53,363 nucleotides of DNA from the NCBI GenBank assembly GCA_023667435.1, contig JAMPAB010000005.1, positions 1 to 53,363 of the forward strand, given 5' to 3'. Shown piece after piece: positions 21,001 through 26,796 of the stretch (positions are counted from its first letter, which is position 1; each line of letters opens with the position of its first letter). The stretch comes from Corallococcus sp. Its GTDB lineage: Bacteria; Bacillota; Clostridia; Christensenellales; CAG-314. Both the position numbers and the translations under genes were made by a program. Under the pieces are notes generated by a model. It was not told the origin of the DNA and searched no databases. It saw only the letters and a list, made by a program, of their open reading frames with translations.

Positions 21001-22066
21001 CTGTCGGAGGAATATACTCAACATTCAAATCGGAAATAACTAGCGGCGACACAGAAAGCAAAAAAACAAGATCAGGCTCTTGCATTACGGTGTCGTTCAA
21101 TCCGATAGAAATTGACACCGAATAGTTCGAATTCGCCGTGTTGCCAGCCAAATTCTTCAAATATTCTGCCGTAGGCGCAAGCGTTCCTTGTGCGGAGAGA
21201 TAATTTGTAGGTATCTTGTAGTCCATAACGTCACCCGCAGTATTCTTTACGCCTATAGTTGTATCGGTAAAATTAAACGCTGTAGCAAGGTCATCGGCAG
21301 AAGTCAATTTTGTTGACGAAGTAAGTCCCGTGGGTTTGCTCCACGCTCCGTCCACAATAGCAAGCACGTAGGGTTCGAGCTTGCGGAAGTTGAGGACGCA
21401 CTGCTGTTCGATCTGCTCGCCGTCCACCTCTACCGAAACGGTGATTTCCGCTTCGTGAGCTTCGTCGGTATTTAAACCCGTGCCGTTGACAAACGTAAGC
21501 GTCGCAGCAGTTACCGCTACGGTAACGCTGTGATTGGGGTATTGAACGAGGACGGACTGCAAACGCGCCTTGACCGCTTCCGTTTCCATCGTTTGCGTAA
21601 ACGCAAAGAATCCCTCGCCGTCGCGGTAGTAGCCGTTTTCGTCCAAAGTATAACCGTCGTTTACGACAAGCGAAAGAACGGGTTCTGCTTTTACTACCTT
21701 GTCTGCCGCGATAGTAAGAGTACACGGATCGTTGCCGTTGCGGGAAATTTCCAACGTATTATCCGTTTCGGACGAGAGTTTGCCGTCCGCAGCGCCGTTT
21801 ATCGTTACGGAATAGTCGGAAATACCCTCCTCGACGATCGCCGTTACGTCGTCGGTTTTTACGACGTTTACCGCAAGGATACTCTTGATAGTTTCCGCGC
21901 TGTGATCGTCGGGAATGTTTTCCGTCTGCGTAAGCGTCGCGGTCAATACCGTGTCGCCTTCGCCGAACGCGCCCAACGTTACAACAAAGATCGATACGCA
22001 CAGCGCAACCGCAAGCAGCGCCGCCAACGCAATCCACCGTTTGTTCGTCTGTCTTTTATTTACCAT
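6065..22066 (-). CDS. Giant (5333 aa) repeat-rich cell-surface protein with MBG/Ig-like beta-sandwich repeats
   Basis: Uninterrupted 16-kb ORF with AGGAGG RBS and N-terminal signal peptide. T/V/G/Y/N-rich repeats (YG....AGTY....NY..). C-terminal TM helix followed by RHRAKKR and an acidic tail. Confidence 0.9.
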   Translation of the reverse strand: MVNKRQTNKRWIALAALLAVALCVSIFVVTLGAFGEGDTVLTATLTQTENIPDDHSAETIKSILAVNVVKTDDVTAIVEEGISDYSVTINGAADGKLSSETDNTLEISRNGNDPCTLTIAADKVVKAEPVLSLVVNDGYTLDENGYYRDGEGFFAFTQTMETEAVKARLQSVLVQYPNHSVTVAVTAATLTFVNGTGLNTDEAHEAEITVSVEVDGEQIEQQCVLNFRKLEPYVLAIVDGAWSKPTGLTSSTKLTSADDLATAFNFTDTTIGVKNTAGDVMDYKIPTNYLSAQGTLAPTAEYLKNLAGNTANSNYSVSISIGLNDTVMQEPDLVFLLSVSPLVISDLNVEYIPPTGVANILYKGSNASVQYARTAFNYTNFSIQFQFKSILREVPAANYAEYITPTYYTDEEAEYACSEQNVLTTSSKYVQFSYKIPIGKEQYLEGCYYPTFQLQVEQTPISLPALDNFEPSFEKDDSVTLSGFGELAVNNPVKVSVGETVYTPDADGNYVIGFDKGGTFYIDVTFTRGADGDYAWMLSSTQGTVTNDGQWTVRYTVNVKKAPISLSFTYDKTIQYGNGDSPNLSGKVVGNDVMSYVLGARMNGAFTQENNSEENPQFRLVFEGTDFAGHSYNGYTIPKERGSYTVYAETAETAYYQAGTTATSKISFTITERELAAGSLPTSATYNKTEFDVSSFFNSSSNVFAYTDTADKVLELTFTSASGNNNDKIFHADTYTVKLTVKDANYIFSGNQTSVSQTFVVNAATLSINYDQNGFVFGQSVTVPTATVDHSDWVNLLDPVYKNKTTGDTVYASNSTAWPIGTYTVTFAIDKVNFKDFDVLATDISCADVTKELEVAPARISKITVTDSGWGTDPDSIGSIGIYDSAITATLYNWGANVLSGNIALLVKDLVTLTVEGQRFAPNDTEAIANLDLATVLNGSDVTLTQAGTYVITLKLPANYVWNEDETTDDLVYYGKIDKRQLSGLSFDMYQDGGVEYSGQLRGANEDGAKIVFKREGLDSMENWTQDILTIKSVIGSQYAAERFGTKTAEDVEYILQSSGKIKIKDAGTYKITVGINDVNNYEWLDGSDTSVADKELTYVINRVALQVQQDGWVSNFQPFKSDTEIVLPENYLAVYGSDSQDDWIIYRTVYDSKGNVVSSETDAEKIVFPSAGNYSIRIVGIEGKTDDIISYLNYYVPTEDGAELNNVTYAFTISSIELDESSFVLNDLKHVYPENISNGYGTYGKYTLSTKYGTVTDFISEFVVVYGTEEFADKNMAEYLEMTIDGKVHDGSVLPVKLDGEGHVTFYTILLKPANNYKWNINGLEEGDEQPAVTCEVTITPLPVNINWSGVMADVAANKYVYTGEAQVIDDASYAIANKQRATDEIFVDFEFTQGAQGNTSAERVDCINAGKYDVIATALRGQDSYNYTVTGGTNLRLCDYNHNTSKDFFTVVKQGIAKPAVPQVITGRYDGSEQTANVAGWKELPATVKATLARFAPAEWYTDGTPTTNIAAISQGHGFDVATGVFTYTHAGWFTLSFSIEDYKNYYWADETSEKDNFDASEAYKFEWKDNGADYYFAKIERETITAPALGALRAIEQNDTSFESFAKSIFTEGMNLIHGIAYTPVYYQRNGSGGDVDEFKVDREGGVASGKLIRGQYYISLDFASNVGYDFVWQVLPDNPTTGEFLGASSLEGGTPYETGYTKNGGAQVKLYYAVTASQVEILYTVEKYTFGENGWLSSGSRGSARPENVFSRSIEDTVAESYIEGTEIKFYKIVGDVVSTAEYTDLVNGLPWDAGKYSVGITITFLKEGGNDVYQTWHSSGLELTVEERPVAVSWKSTNLIKLTSDTGATNAALYKAYYNGESPLQYLQASITNMPKKTSNENPSAPELTVKAYSGENEVTAINVNTYKARVTGITGEGAGNFTLDGGTNKESNFQIERAPFTVQITNVAGHVYGESITEVTASDAYKKTDGLGDFYGTDKNNVFLKVMKDSVEYTTNAKTPVGTYDLVLVWKEGNTFIYPADGKLVTPNYEIEVTSATFKVVERNVTVTLNGGNGVYGNSVNLYGLYQATTSNGSGNALVDPDSTVFSLTAARKDGAAIAFPSDSAKWNVGEYLVTGKKINDNYSVTFKFANGGTCVYEITPASIDKSTVTVSSNHVSGLYTGASYALFTGFSAVTVNSELNSAELYFKNADSSSTYFPEWTKYDANVHKLTDVCSYTFYVAVRADNHNDLELTDPSDALTFVISPVTLTVTPSLTIYYGEKSPVGYAGAGTVYGTTLDDLKGTTDVKIRYAVTGFVNPDKIDTIGLGGSFTYTTDYEQGQPVNSYNIYLNVDSLTATNYVFASAVGTLNVQQLPFEVKISDVSTVYRTAYSDVKFETTVTLPEGTYTNSKLTASDLAESVWNEITTGTDYAADGVIELSTDAYANGNTKAVADPPSPYRINGKVRDAFKNSYVATFVGSDGDKGVHTITNASLTVSDITGYVGDYDEKAHFALIVKKDNELTTVFATTADGSAVTVLFYVSQNALTEEQLVDLDWNNDGVLTANPSYVDVTNCYVYYRIAADNHETVYDGEHVEIVTVDNVLATDFAFADADGWTYGLYSANNVNGYDKGGKHAITEPAVKFTRKDGEYNANKLVIKLYFGSVELYEGETFNDVTSLFEKMWSEAKFNAGTYCLNVSMKGTGNYGDLEKAFYFTVKKNVLTVTADTLSVTYGDDVPEYTYAVTGYVDNGSGVETAANVTANGKKVDEFDYFTSAYQTGRENGSVGTYAIYRYVSGVVADGLDSPEFDNYVLDFDETKLLTVNKRTVTVTVEDKENTYNLQGGETAQTLTFKVAEGSLNFLKSDILVDVTAELPETYDNGNQKIIALFTKAFDNDNTSILTNNVIYNNGVIGGYPIYAQYLDDVDGNSWNGNYEIEFADCSAHSDKGIGSGNNAGTFTIKQATLDLEDLGVFHQVNGVETSTKDYMYTGANNYYKVKVIGDDTVTVEFSYKKRTDGGNLIDVDNVIDVGSYTAEAKLNTNNYDISGKNTFVFPIIRATITITANETTIQYGSPLNEQSKTDGRFDGFTYSVSSNTVLQSVMNAYVAAKGVTYTSDNYATNTPAGATYCKILPVCASDDNVNVVVEGAQLNIVKRNVTVTIAGAKDGNEFAQTSYKGTNAATQAELNELFAANIDRFVTLSDSEKGGTFGQSGDDRTALGIALTLPVTAYLANAEGYVMTPSAANDTNYNVTFADHEAVFAVNKATLTIYANTLGTGNAVDSYSVVYGDGAPVYAYAVAGMQAGEDFAGLLFAARSKNISNEDFTVMCGSKAFAAWDSNVTETYTVAVQNFGDVLANYDLASSTYVTATMNITTRPIVVTTPSSMIYEEANDGSGNAIYNNGVSGRQHDAVLTFRDNSLSAPEIVNQNINSVLYGPKYSLEYKYQGGSFLDAAHKDVAPTKAGSYSVAVTLKADGNYHYAAAESGNNKVNTLNFTVEKKVIKESDLQWNRIFISFDDGAPPYYNTLIGPDGKAVTAADGLFDGIVFSYTSGSQEAGSTSILPGNYGDSGTYYYVNDDGLLCVRLETNGRYTIQFKLKDSALDNYVIDSSHDTYIYASFSATSIQIDITLTIDGWKYDEEANAPVLTVNGNEPANGVTITFARVNSGDVAQFIADNSDAVEKGFDKDTLDETDWQMTHFLSSITFDVGYYVVRAIYTGVHLDNFGVEAVFTTAVYNVFQITPGVIDVPVFATSQNYVFNGQEQSVEIKYDSSLINASYDGHTGILSSGIMIYATAAGNYEVTFRLAKTANYVWAEGANDTDGAVTLTWNIGRDEQENNDVTKYITVGDVVSTFGSEYTVGAPTIKTGYTGVVTVMFATRQLSESKPAANAEWSTDKPVNADYYWIKATLSDGGNNFTDKIAYAELTINKLRVYATASGTLTYGDVFDGSSDNVKLSCIVTGLLGSDKETNNGVTYKLVSDYTAGGNKMVVGGTYYIIADNTDGIVNNLDAGSNYVIEAVQGNLTITAREVNVTIGNAASEYKNAVSVAGVSYDIDDTYAKADGEFVVVLSTTATNASVVDTYPITGSVNNSNYNVTFKSGIYTISQRKVYVTLTTVTDNVFGSAITPVTIVSVLDSASADLTNGTLAANAETVTVDGLVITVTYSGNANDGIAYTGVPSHAGSYLATVIAAGNDNYVLDSVPHVQFAVSKQTVNENDIVIANQTYQGIALTPEINDTDVYTVGSDTFTNAATHNVALTLKDYDNYKWTSVDGAIAYRPFVIDKATLYVAPNGTLTYGQSFAEGSFNYVVTRGYEGNDGDDNVRISANNLVEYLLANAADAANKDSLAADTYALTMAVSDGNVVGLTSDNYNIVLESGYGKTLTVNRRDVTITVSSETSVYNKADVVIANSFTITNGSLASWDDESVLNVTYKFKDVASAQDVAEYVVTVASLDDSNYNVTVVDGKHTVEQLKVGIKLTVTDGWYLGDSAEAIISDITATNLNGYEILDELTFIINYSGVTNGKEPVNGSAVPALAGSYLATVTGIDASNYVLDTTWNEGNVSASFTVNKKDVDASLLTIDSQTYASRPLTPEIKISQEYEGMFYYDNDGVKTLVYKVLAHDDFVNAGSHAVTLELVDGNNYKWSRSDEETRDVLFVIEKATLYVAPNGTLTYGQSFVEGSFNYVVTRGYEGSDGDGNVRISANNLVEYLLANAADAANKDKLDADTYALTMAVSDGNVVGLTSDNYNIVLESGYGKTLTVNRRAIVIQAASETAKYSDVIVVPQTFEIVSGTLAKWDTLASLNYQAYLDDELSGELGVAAYDILATCDNGNYDITILSGKYTIDQIVISIMVAANHGRYDEVAPNLYIYRIWAVGNDNLDLSDITIDDFVIQYTGSTNGGVGYDSKEMPTLAGEYVATVLSLKGFSNYAYDSRLGTASVVIKILPQEVDSRDITVATKTYTGQALAADITDTTYNVEGKVIYTVDRTAQYVNAGTHNVELTLVDPDNYKWAKIETASTTIPFVIRKAENFVTNGESSSEKGVITIGNWTYGDSASSPEANVLFGDKANIIFEYATEQNGAYTVNVPSRAGTYWVHATMPATDNYESFVSSPVSFTISKRAVTSPSLTLSAEGDSKNDVYTGRTLSSAIVNFDGALMRLNFDGIANVNGNNVTVSVVDAGDYHVVLTLIDSSNYVWAANTELNSDGNVDLMWHIDRQKVAKPTPNNNTYIVNGGDIVYIPNGFDSSIMDIEGNVRGYGGDSTVTVTLKNTSNYVWEDGTTDPTYFTFSIIGINVVVIIVIAVISGACVAMAVIALVQVLRHRAKKRAEAEAIDERSRADGWTDEDEENDEE
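7828..9268. repeat. Near-identical ~313-bp intragenic direct repeat (7828-8140 and 8956-9268)
   Basis: Both copies encode ATLYVAPNGTLTYGQSF..YGKTLTVNRR. Offset is 1128 nt (376 codons), with only scattered substitutions. Confidence 0.92.
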
Positions 22067-22310
22067 CTTAATCCTCCTTTTTCTGCGCTCGCAGAAAAAC
22101 CCCTGAGAAGTTTTTGAAATTTTTCTCTTTTCGCGAAAAAGCCGTTAACGCGAAAAAATCCGCACTTTAAACAGCGCGTTTTTAAATCCGCCGACTTTTT
22201 TGCGTTCGTAACCTACGGCAATCGGTCAAAGTCGAAACCGACCTACGGAGAGACCGAAACGCTATTCGAATCGCCGTACAAAGCATTTGTCTCAACCTGC
22301 CGCAAAGCCG

Positions 22311-22346
22311 AAAAAAAATCTTACGCAGTCGGCAGCGTAAGATTTT
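22311..22346 (-). terminator. Intrinsic terminator after the 74-aa gene (possibly bidirectional)
   Basis: AAAATCTTACGC/GCGTAAGATTTT stem with an 8-T tract on the minus strand. Confidence 0.75.
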
Positions 22347-22385
22347 GTTGCTTGTCATCAATCTGTTAAAGAGCTGCCTCTGCTA

Positions 22386-22610
22386 TCAAAGATTTTTCAG
22401 TTCTTCTTTCAACTTGCGTAAGTTTTCTCTTTCTACGTCGATCAAAGACGTGTATACCCTGAAATACTGGGCGTCTTCCTCGTTCAGTTTGGTATTGTTG
22501 AGGATAGACTGCAACAGGGCGGTTTGCGAACGTCTGCACTTGCCCTCCAATTCTTCGATTTCCTTTTCGCTTTCCATTATAGCGCGTTTAAGATCGCTTT
22601 TCTTCGACAT
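22386..22610 (-). CDS. Small coiled-coil hypothetical protein (74 aa)
   Basis: AAGGAG RBS, heptad-rich charged helices, its own consensus promoter and terminator. Confidence 0.8.
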   Translation of the reverse strand: MSKKSDLKRAIMESEKEIEELEGKCRRSQTALLQSILNNTKLNEEDAQYFRVYTSLIDVERENLRKLKEELKNL

Positions 22611-22690
22611 AGTTGTTTTCTCCTTTTCTCTTAAAAATCAAGTGTCGAAATGCCTTATATTATCATATATATAAGAATTCTCGTTATTTA

Positions 22691-22719
22691 ATTATACTTA
22701 TTTTTATTATAAATATCAA
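22691..22719 (-). promoter_or_regulatory. Sigma-A-type promoter
   Basis: TTGATA-N17-TATAAT on the minus strand upstream of the 74-aa gene. Confidence 0.65.
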
Positions 22720-23186
22720 GTATTTACGGCAAGAAACACGGCGCAATACGCTATTTTTTGCCATTTTTTTTATTTCCGTCGCGAATTTTTAAAAAATGGT
22801 CTAATCTTGTTACATTCACAAGATGCAAAATCGGCGTATTTCCGCATAAAAGTAGCGTATTTCGCGGTTTAAGGAGAAAAACGGCGGCAAATCGGCATAC
22901 CGACGGTGCAAATAATTCCCGTTAAATTCGACGAAAAAAAGCGAAATCTTTTACGCAAAATAAGACGGTGCCGACAAAAAAAGAGAATGCCGAAAGCTTC
23001 CGCAAGCATCTAATACGCGTCGCGCGACCTGCGTGATAAAACGATTATGAAAATATTTCGAGAAAAACTTAAATACGGAAAAAGAATTCGGGTATTTCTC
23101 CTTTTTTTACCGCAAAAACGGCGTATTTTCGAGTTTAAGCTCGGCGTTGCCGCTTTTTTCGCAAACGTCTTGCCTTATATTAAACG

Positions 23187-23813
23187 CTACTCTTTGTCTT
23201 TTTGCAACGTCTTTCCGCCTTTAAGATACTTCTTCGCTTTGCCCTCTTTTACGGTCAAGTAGCTTCGTCCTATTCCGAAAGAACCGTCGGGTACGTCCTT
23301 GTCTACTGTAGTTCCGCAAGCGATGAAACAGTCGTCGCCCACGTACAGCGGCGCGACCAAATTGGAGTTGCACCCTATAAAGCAATTTTTCCCCACCGTA
23401 GTTTTGTGTTTCGTCGTGCCGTCGTAGTTTACGAAAATTACCCCGCAGCCTATGTTCGTATTCGGTCCTACAAACGCGTCGCCCACGTAAGACAGATGAC
23501 TTGCCTTGACGTTGTCGCCGAGAACGCTCTTTTTGATTTCCACGAAGTTGCCTATTCGGCAATTGTTTCCTATAATAGCGCGCTCTCTTACGTGCGCGTT
23601 GGGACCTACCGAACAGTCGGCGCCCACCGAACTGTCGGTAATGCGCGAGGCTTTTACGACGGTATTTGCGCCTATTTCGGCATTTTCGAGGTAACTGAAA
23701 CTGCCTACAACGCAACCGTCGCGAAGAATTGTATTGCCCTTTATTACGGCGAAAGGTTCTATCGTAACGTTGTCGCCTACCGTTACGCCGTCGTCTATGT
23801 AATATTCCGACAT
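23187..23813 (-). CDS. glmU: Stand-alone GlmU C-terminal acetyltransferase (left-handed beta-helix) domain
   Basis: Hexapeptide repeats and GlmU motifs GNFVEIKKS, KASHLSYVGDA, NIGCGVIFVNYDG, FIGCNSNLVAP. The N-terminal uridyltransferase domain is absent. Confidence 0.85.
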   Translation of the reverse strand: MSEYYIDDGVTVGDNVTIEPFAVIKGNTILRDGCVVGSFSYLENAEIGANTVVKASRITDSSVGADCSVGPNAHVRERAIIGNNCRIGNFVEIKKSVLGDNVKASHLSYVGDAFVGPNTNIGCGVIFVNYDGTTKHKTTVGKNCFIGCNSNLVAPLYVGDDCFIACGTTVDKDVPDGSFGIGRSYLTVKEGKAKKYLKGGKTLQKDKE

Positions 23814-23856
23814 TATTACCGCCCTTAAAATTTACGAGTGGTACATTGTATGCCGA

Positions 23857-26115
23857 TTACACCAGTTTCGCCACTAAAACGGTCATATCGTCGTGCGGTT
23901 TGTTGTTGCAGAGCTTTACCGCTTTGCTTAAAATAACTTCCGCGATGCTTTGAGGTACGTTTAACGATACGTTGGCAAATATGCCTGCAAGCGCGTTGGG
24001 GTCCTTAAAGCAATCGGCAACTCCGTCGGATACAAGCACGAACACGTCGCCAGAAGACAAAGCTTTTTTTGTTATGGACGGTTTCATTTCCTCCAATACG
24101 CCCAAAGGCAGACTGCTTCCGGAAACGATTTCCACCTTGTCTCCGCATTTGACCAAACCCGTTGACGCGCCCAGTTTTATAAAATCCGTCTGACCGTCGA
24201 ACGCGTCCAACACCGCAATGTCTACCGCGCAGAAAACTTCGTTTCCGCTGCCCGTAAGCAGTTTGTTGACGCAGGACAGGATAACGTCGGAATCGAACCC
24301 CGCTCGGTAGAAACTTTCCACTAGGCTTATGGAAGTGGCAGACATTTTTTCCGCCTTGTCGCCGCTGCCCATTCCGTCGCACAAAGCGACGATACATTTG
24401 CCGTTGTCCGTCTTGATGACGGAGTGAGTATCTCCCGACACTTCGCTGCCTTCCTTTGTGACGGAACTTACGCCGAACACTACGTCGAAACGCGGTTTGA
24501 CGGACAGATAGACGTTCAACCACGATATGCTTTCGGTGTTTTCCACCTTATCGACCGCCATATTTTGTTTAACAAGCGCGGAGACGACTTTTTCTATTAC
24601 GGCGTTATCTACGTCTTTTTTTGCGACCGTTACCGCCACCGTGAGCTTGCCCGACTGTTCGACTACGGTTGCGCCCACGCACATAATATTGTGAAAGACC
24701 AAACGCTCGACAAGCTCTTTTTCCTTGTCGCTTTTGTAATAGGTACGGTTTTTGCAATCGGACGCCAACTGCATAAGCAAGTCGGACACGCCTCCCATCT
24801 GCTCGCCCAAAAGCGTTTTGCCGTTGTCTGCCTGCTCGGTCCTGTCTACGTATTCGCGGTAGGTTTGCGCCTGCGCGTTTACTTCGGAAAGCACGGCGGA
24901 CACTCTGTTGCATTTGACGGACAGCGTTTGCGGAACGTCCAAAATACTGCATTTGCCTCTTTTTACGGCGCATCCCGACAGTTTAAGCAAGCTCTGCTCC
25001 GTTTGCACCAGTTCCTGTCTCCAACACTTAGAGCGGAATTCGCAATCGCGGCAAACGGTTTCGGAACATTGCTTGACGATGGAAATTTCCGCTTCCTCGT
25101 CGGATACGCGACCCACCGACATTGTAAAAAAGGCGTTTTTCATCGAAAGGAAAATATCCGACAATCGGTATAATCTCCGCGATACGTTGTCGCCTATCTT
25201 TTTCGCCACGCTTTTGCCCAAATATCTGTCGGCGGTTCCGCAGCTGTAATCGCGTACGTAATTGTAGACAGAGCTTGGAATAACGGCGAAAATAAGCGCG
25301 GACGCGAACGTGGGCGCGAAAGCGAACATACCAGACGCGCCGTGAAGTTCCAAAAAGTACGTCATAAGCACGTCTACCGCCACTACGGATAACGCCGCAA
25401 GGTATCTGTTTACTTTGACGACGGTAACCGCGACAAGAGCGGACACGACGGAAAAAACGCAGAATTCGTACGCGCCGCAAGATAAAACGTTGCCTATACC
25501 GAACAATACGGCGGCAACAAGAGACACGTTAGAACCGAAACATACCGCGCAAAAAAGTATAATAAAAGGCGCAATCAAATATATAAGCTCGAATCCCCAA
25601 AAGGAAAGAGAGGAAAAACAATAGGAGGACACGACGGTAAACAACGCTATACATACGGTTTCGTCGAGCGCGGGACGGTACGCAAGCCCTCTTACGAATA
25701 CCGCGCGGAAAGCGTAAATCGTAACGTATGCAAACGCGATTCCGCACGCAACGTAAAGCAGCTTGTCGAAAAAGTCGAAATAGTCCGTAAACCCGTAAAC
25801 ACAGTAAAATACGTTTGCAAGAACTAGATACAACAGCAAATTCAGTTTGCCTATCTTGCGTTTTGCCAAAAGATGAATTCCCCAACACAGAAGCATTACG
25901 CCGACGCGAACGCCTGCCTGCAACAAACTTCCCCATCCGTAAACGACGGATGCGGCGAGATAAATTACCGACGCTATGACGGGATTTGCCGAATACATAG
26001 CTCCGACGTATAAACCGAAAGACACGGCGCCGTCCAACGCGACGAACGATGTAACGGACAGCGCGACGAAAGTAACGTAGAGAAGAATCGTTTTTGCGGA
26101 AAGTTTGCGTTTCAT
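23857..26115 (-). CDS. spoIIE: Stage II sporulation protein E (membrane PP2C phosphatase)
   Basis: Multi-TM N-terminus, central VCRDC..CW Cys motif, PP2C motifs SGD, CDGMGSG, SDGV and DDMTV. Start ATG 26115 after GGAGG. Confidence 0.9.
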   Translation of the reverse strand: MKRKLSAKTILLYVTFVALSVTSFVALDGAVSFGLYVGAMYSANPVIASVIYLAASVVYGWGSLLQAGVRVGVMLLCWGIHLLAKRKIGKLNLLLYLVLANVFYCVYGFTDYFDFFDKLLYVACGIAFAYVTIYAFRAVFVRGLAYRPALDETVCIALFTVVSSYCFSSLSFWGFELIYLIAPFIILFCAVCFGSNVSLVAAVLFGIGNVLSCGAYEFCVFSVVSALVAVTVVKVNRYLAALSVVAVDVLMTYFLELHGASGMFAFAPTFASALIFAVIPSSVYNYVRDYSCGTADRYLGKSVAKKIGDNVSRRLYRLSDIFLSMKNAFFTMSVGRVSDEEAEISIVKQCSETVCRDCEFRSKCWRQELVQTEQSLLKLSGCAVKRGKCSILDVPQTLSVKCNRVSAVLSEVNAQAQTYREYVDRTEQADNGKTLLGEQMGGVSDLLMQLASDCKNRTYYKSDKEKELVERLVFHNIMCVGATVVEQSGKLTVAVTVAKKDVDNAVIEKVVSALVKQNMAVDKVENTESISWLNVYLSVKPRFDVVFGVSSVTKEGSEVSGDTHSVIKTDNGKCIVALCDGMGSGDKAEKMSATSISLVESFYRAGFDSDVILSCVNKLLTGSGNEVFCAVDIAVLDAFDGQTDFIKLGASTGLVKCGDKVEIVSGSSLPLGVLEEMKPSITKKALSSGDVFVLVSDGVADCFKDPNALAGIFANVSLNVPQSIAEVILSKAVKLCNNKPHDDMTVLVAKLV

Positions 26116-26292
26116 AGAGCGGCCTCCGAAATGGTCTATATGCAATGCTACTACTTTTAAAACGCCTGCTTTTGCAATGTAATGTTATAATTTGTATGTT
26201 TTTGTATATCCGCCGATGCAATCGGTCGCGCTTGTATCGGTAAACTTCTTGCCGTATGCAGAAAACCGAGCGGAAGAATCCGAAGCAGCGGA

Positions 26293-26796
26293 TTACATTA
26301 TTCTGCACAGCAGACATGCCGCAATGCCGCCTATTAAATTACAGAATAACGCTATTGGTATCGCAAAACCGGTTCTTTTTACATTCGTACCCGCAAAATA
26401 CACGCTCGCCACATAAAAAACGGTTTCGCTGCTTCCCATAATTACCGAAGCGCAGCGGCCTACGTAACTGTCCGCGCCGTACTGCGCGTATACGTCGGAA
26501 AGCAGCGCCAGACTTCCGCTGCCCGTAAAAGGACGGAGAAGCAACAGCTCCACCACCTCGCTCGGGATACCCAGCAAATTAAAGGGCGGAGCGAAAACCG
26601 CCGTTAAATATTTGTCTAGACCGCTTGCGCGCAGCGCGTTGACCATTATGAACATTGCCGCAAGATAGGGGAAAACGGAAACTGACAAATCAAAAGATTT
26701 CTTTGCGCCGCGCACGAAACCGTCGTATACGTTAACCTTTTTTATAAGTCCGTATAACAAAATAAGTATCAAAATAATCGGAACGACGTAGTTCAC
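26293..26796 (-). CDS. spmB: Spore maturation protein B
   Basis: VNVYDGFVRGAK, LRPFTGSGS and MGSSETVFYV motifs. Overlaps the spmA stop. Confidence 0.92.
   Translation of the reverse strand: MNYVVPIILILILLYGLIKKVNVYDGFVRGAKKSFDLSVSVFPYLAAMFIMVNALRASGLDKYLTAVFAPPFNLLGIPSEVVELLLLRPFTGSGSLALLSDVYAQYGADSYVGRCASVIMGSSETVFYVASVYFAGTNVKRTGFAIPIALFCNLIGGIAACLLCRIM

Noticed and set aside
5951-22117. Many long + strand ORFs (up to 511 aa) opposite the giant gene
   Set aside because: They are antisense shadows caused by biased codon usage: V/R-rich, with no RBS or recognisable motifs.
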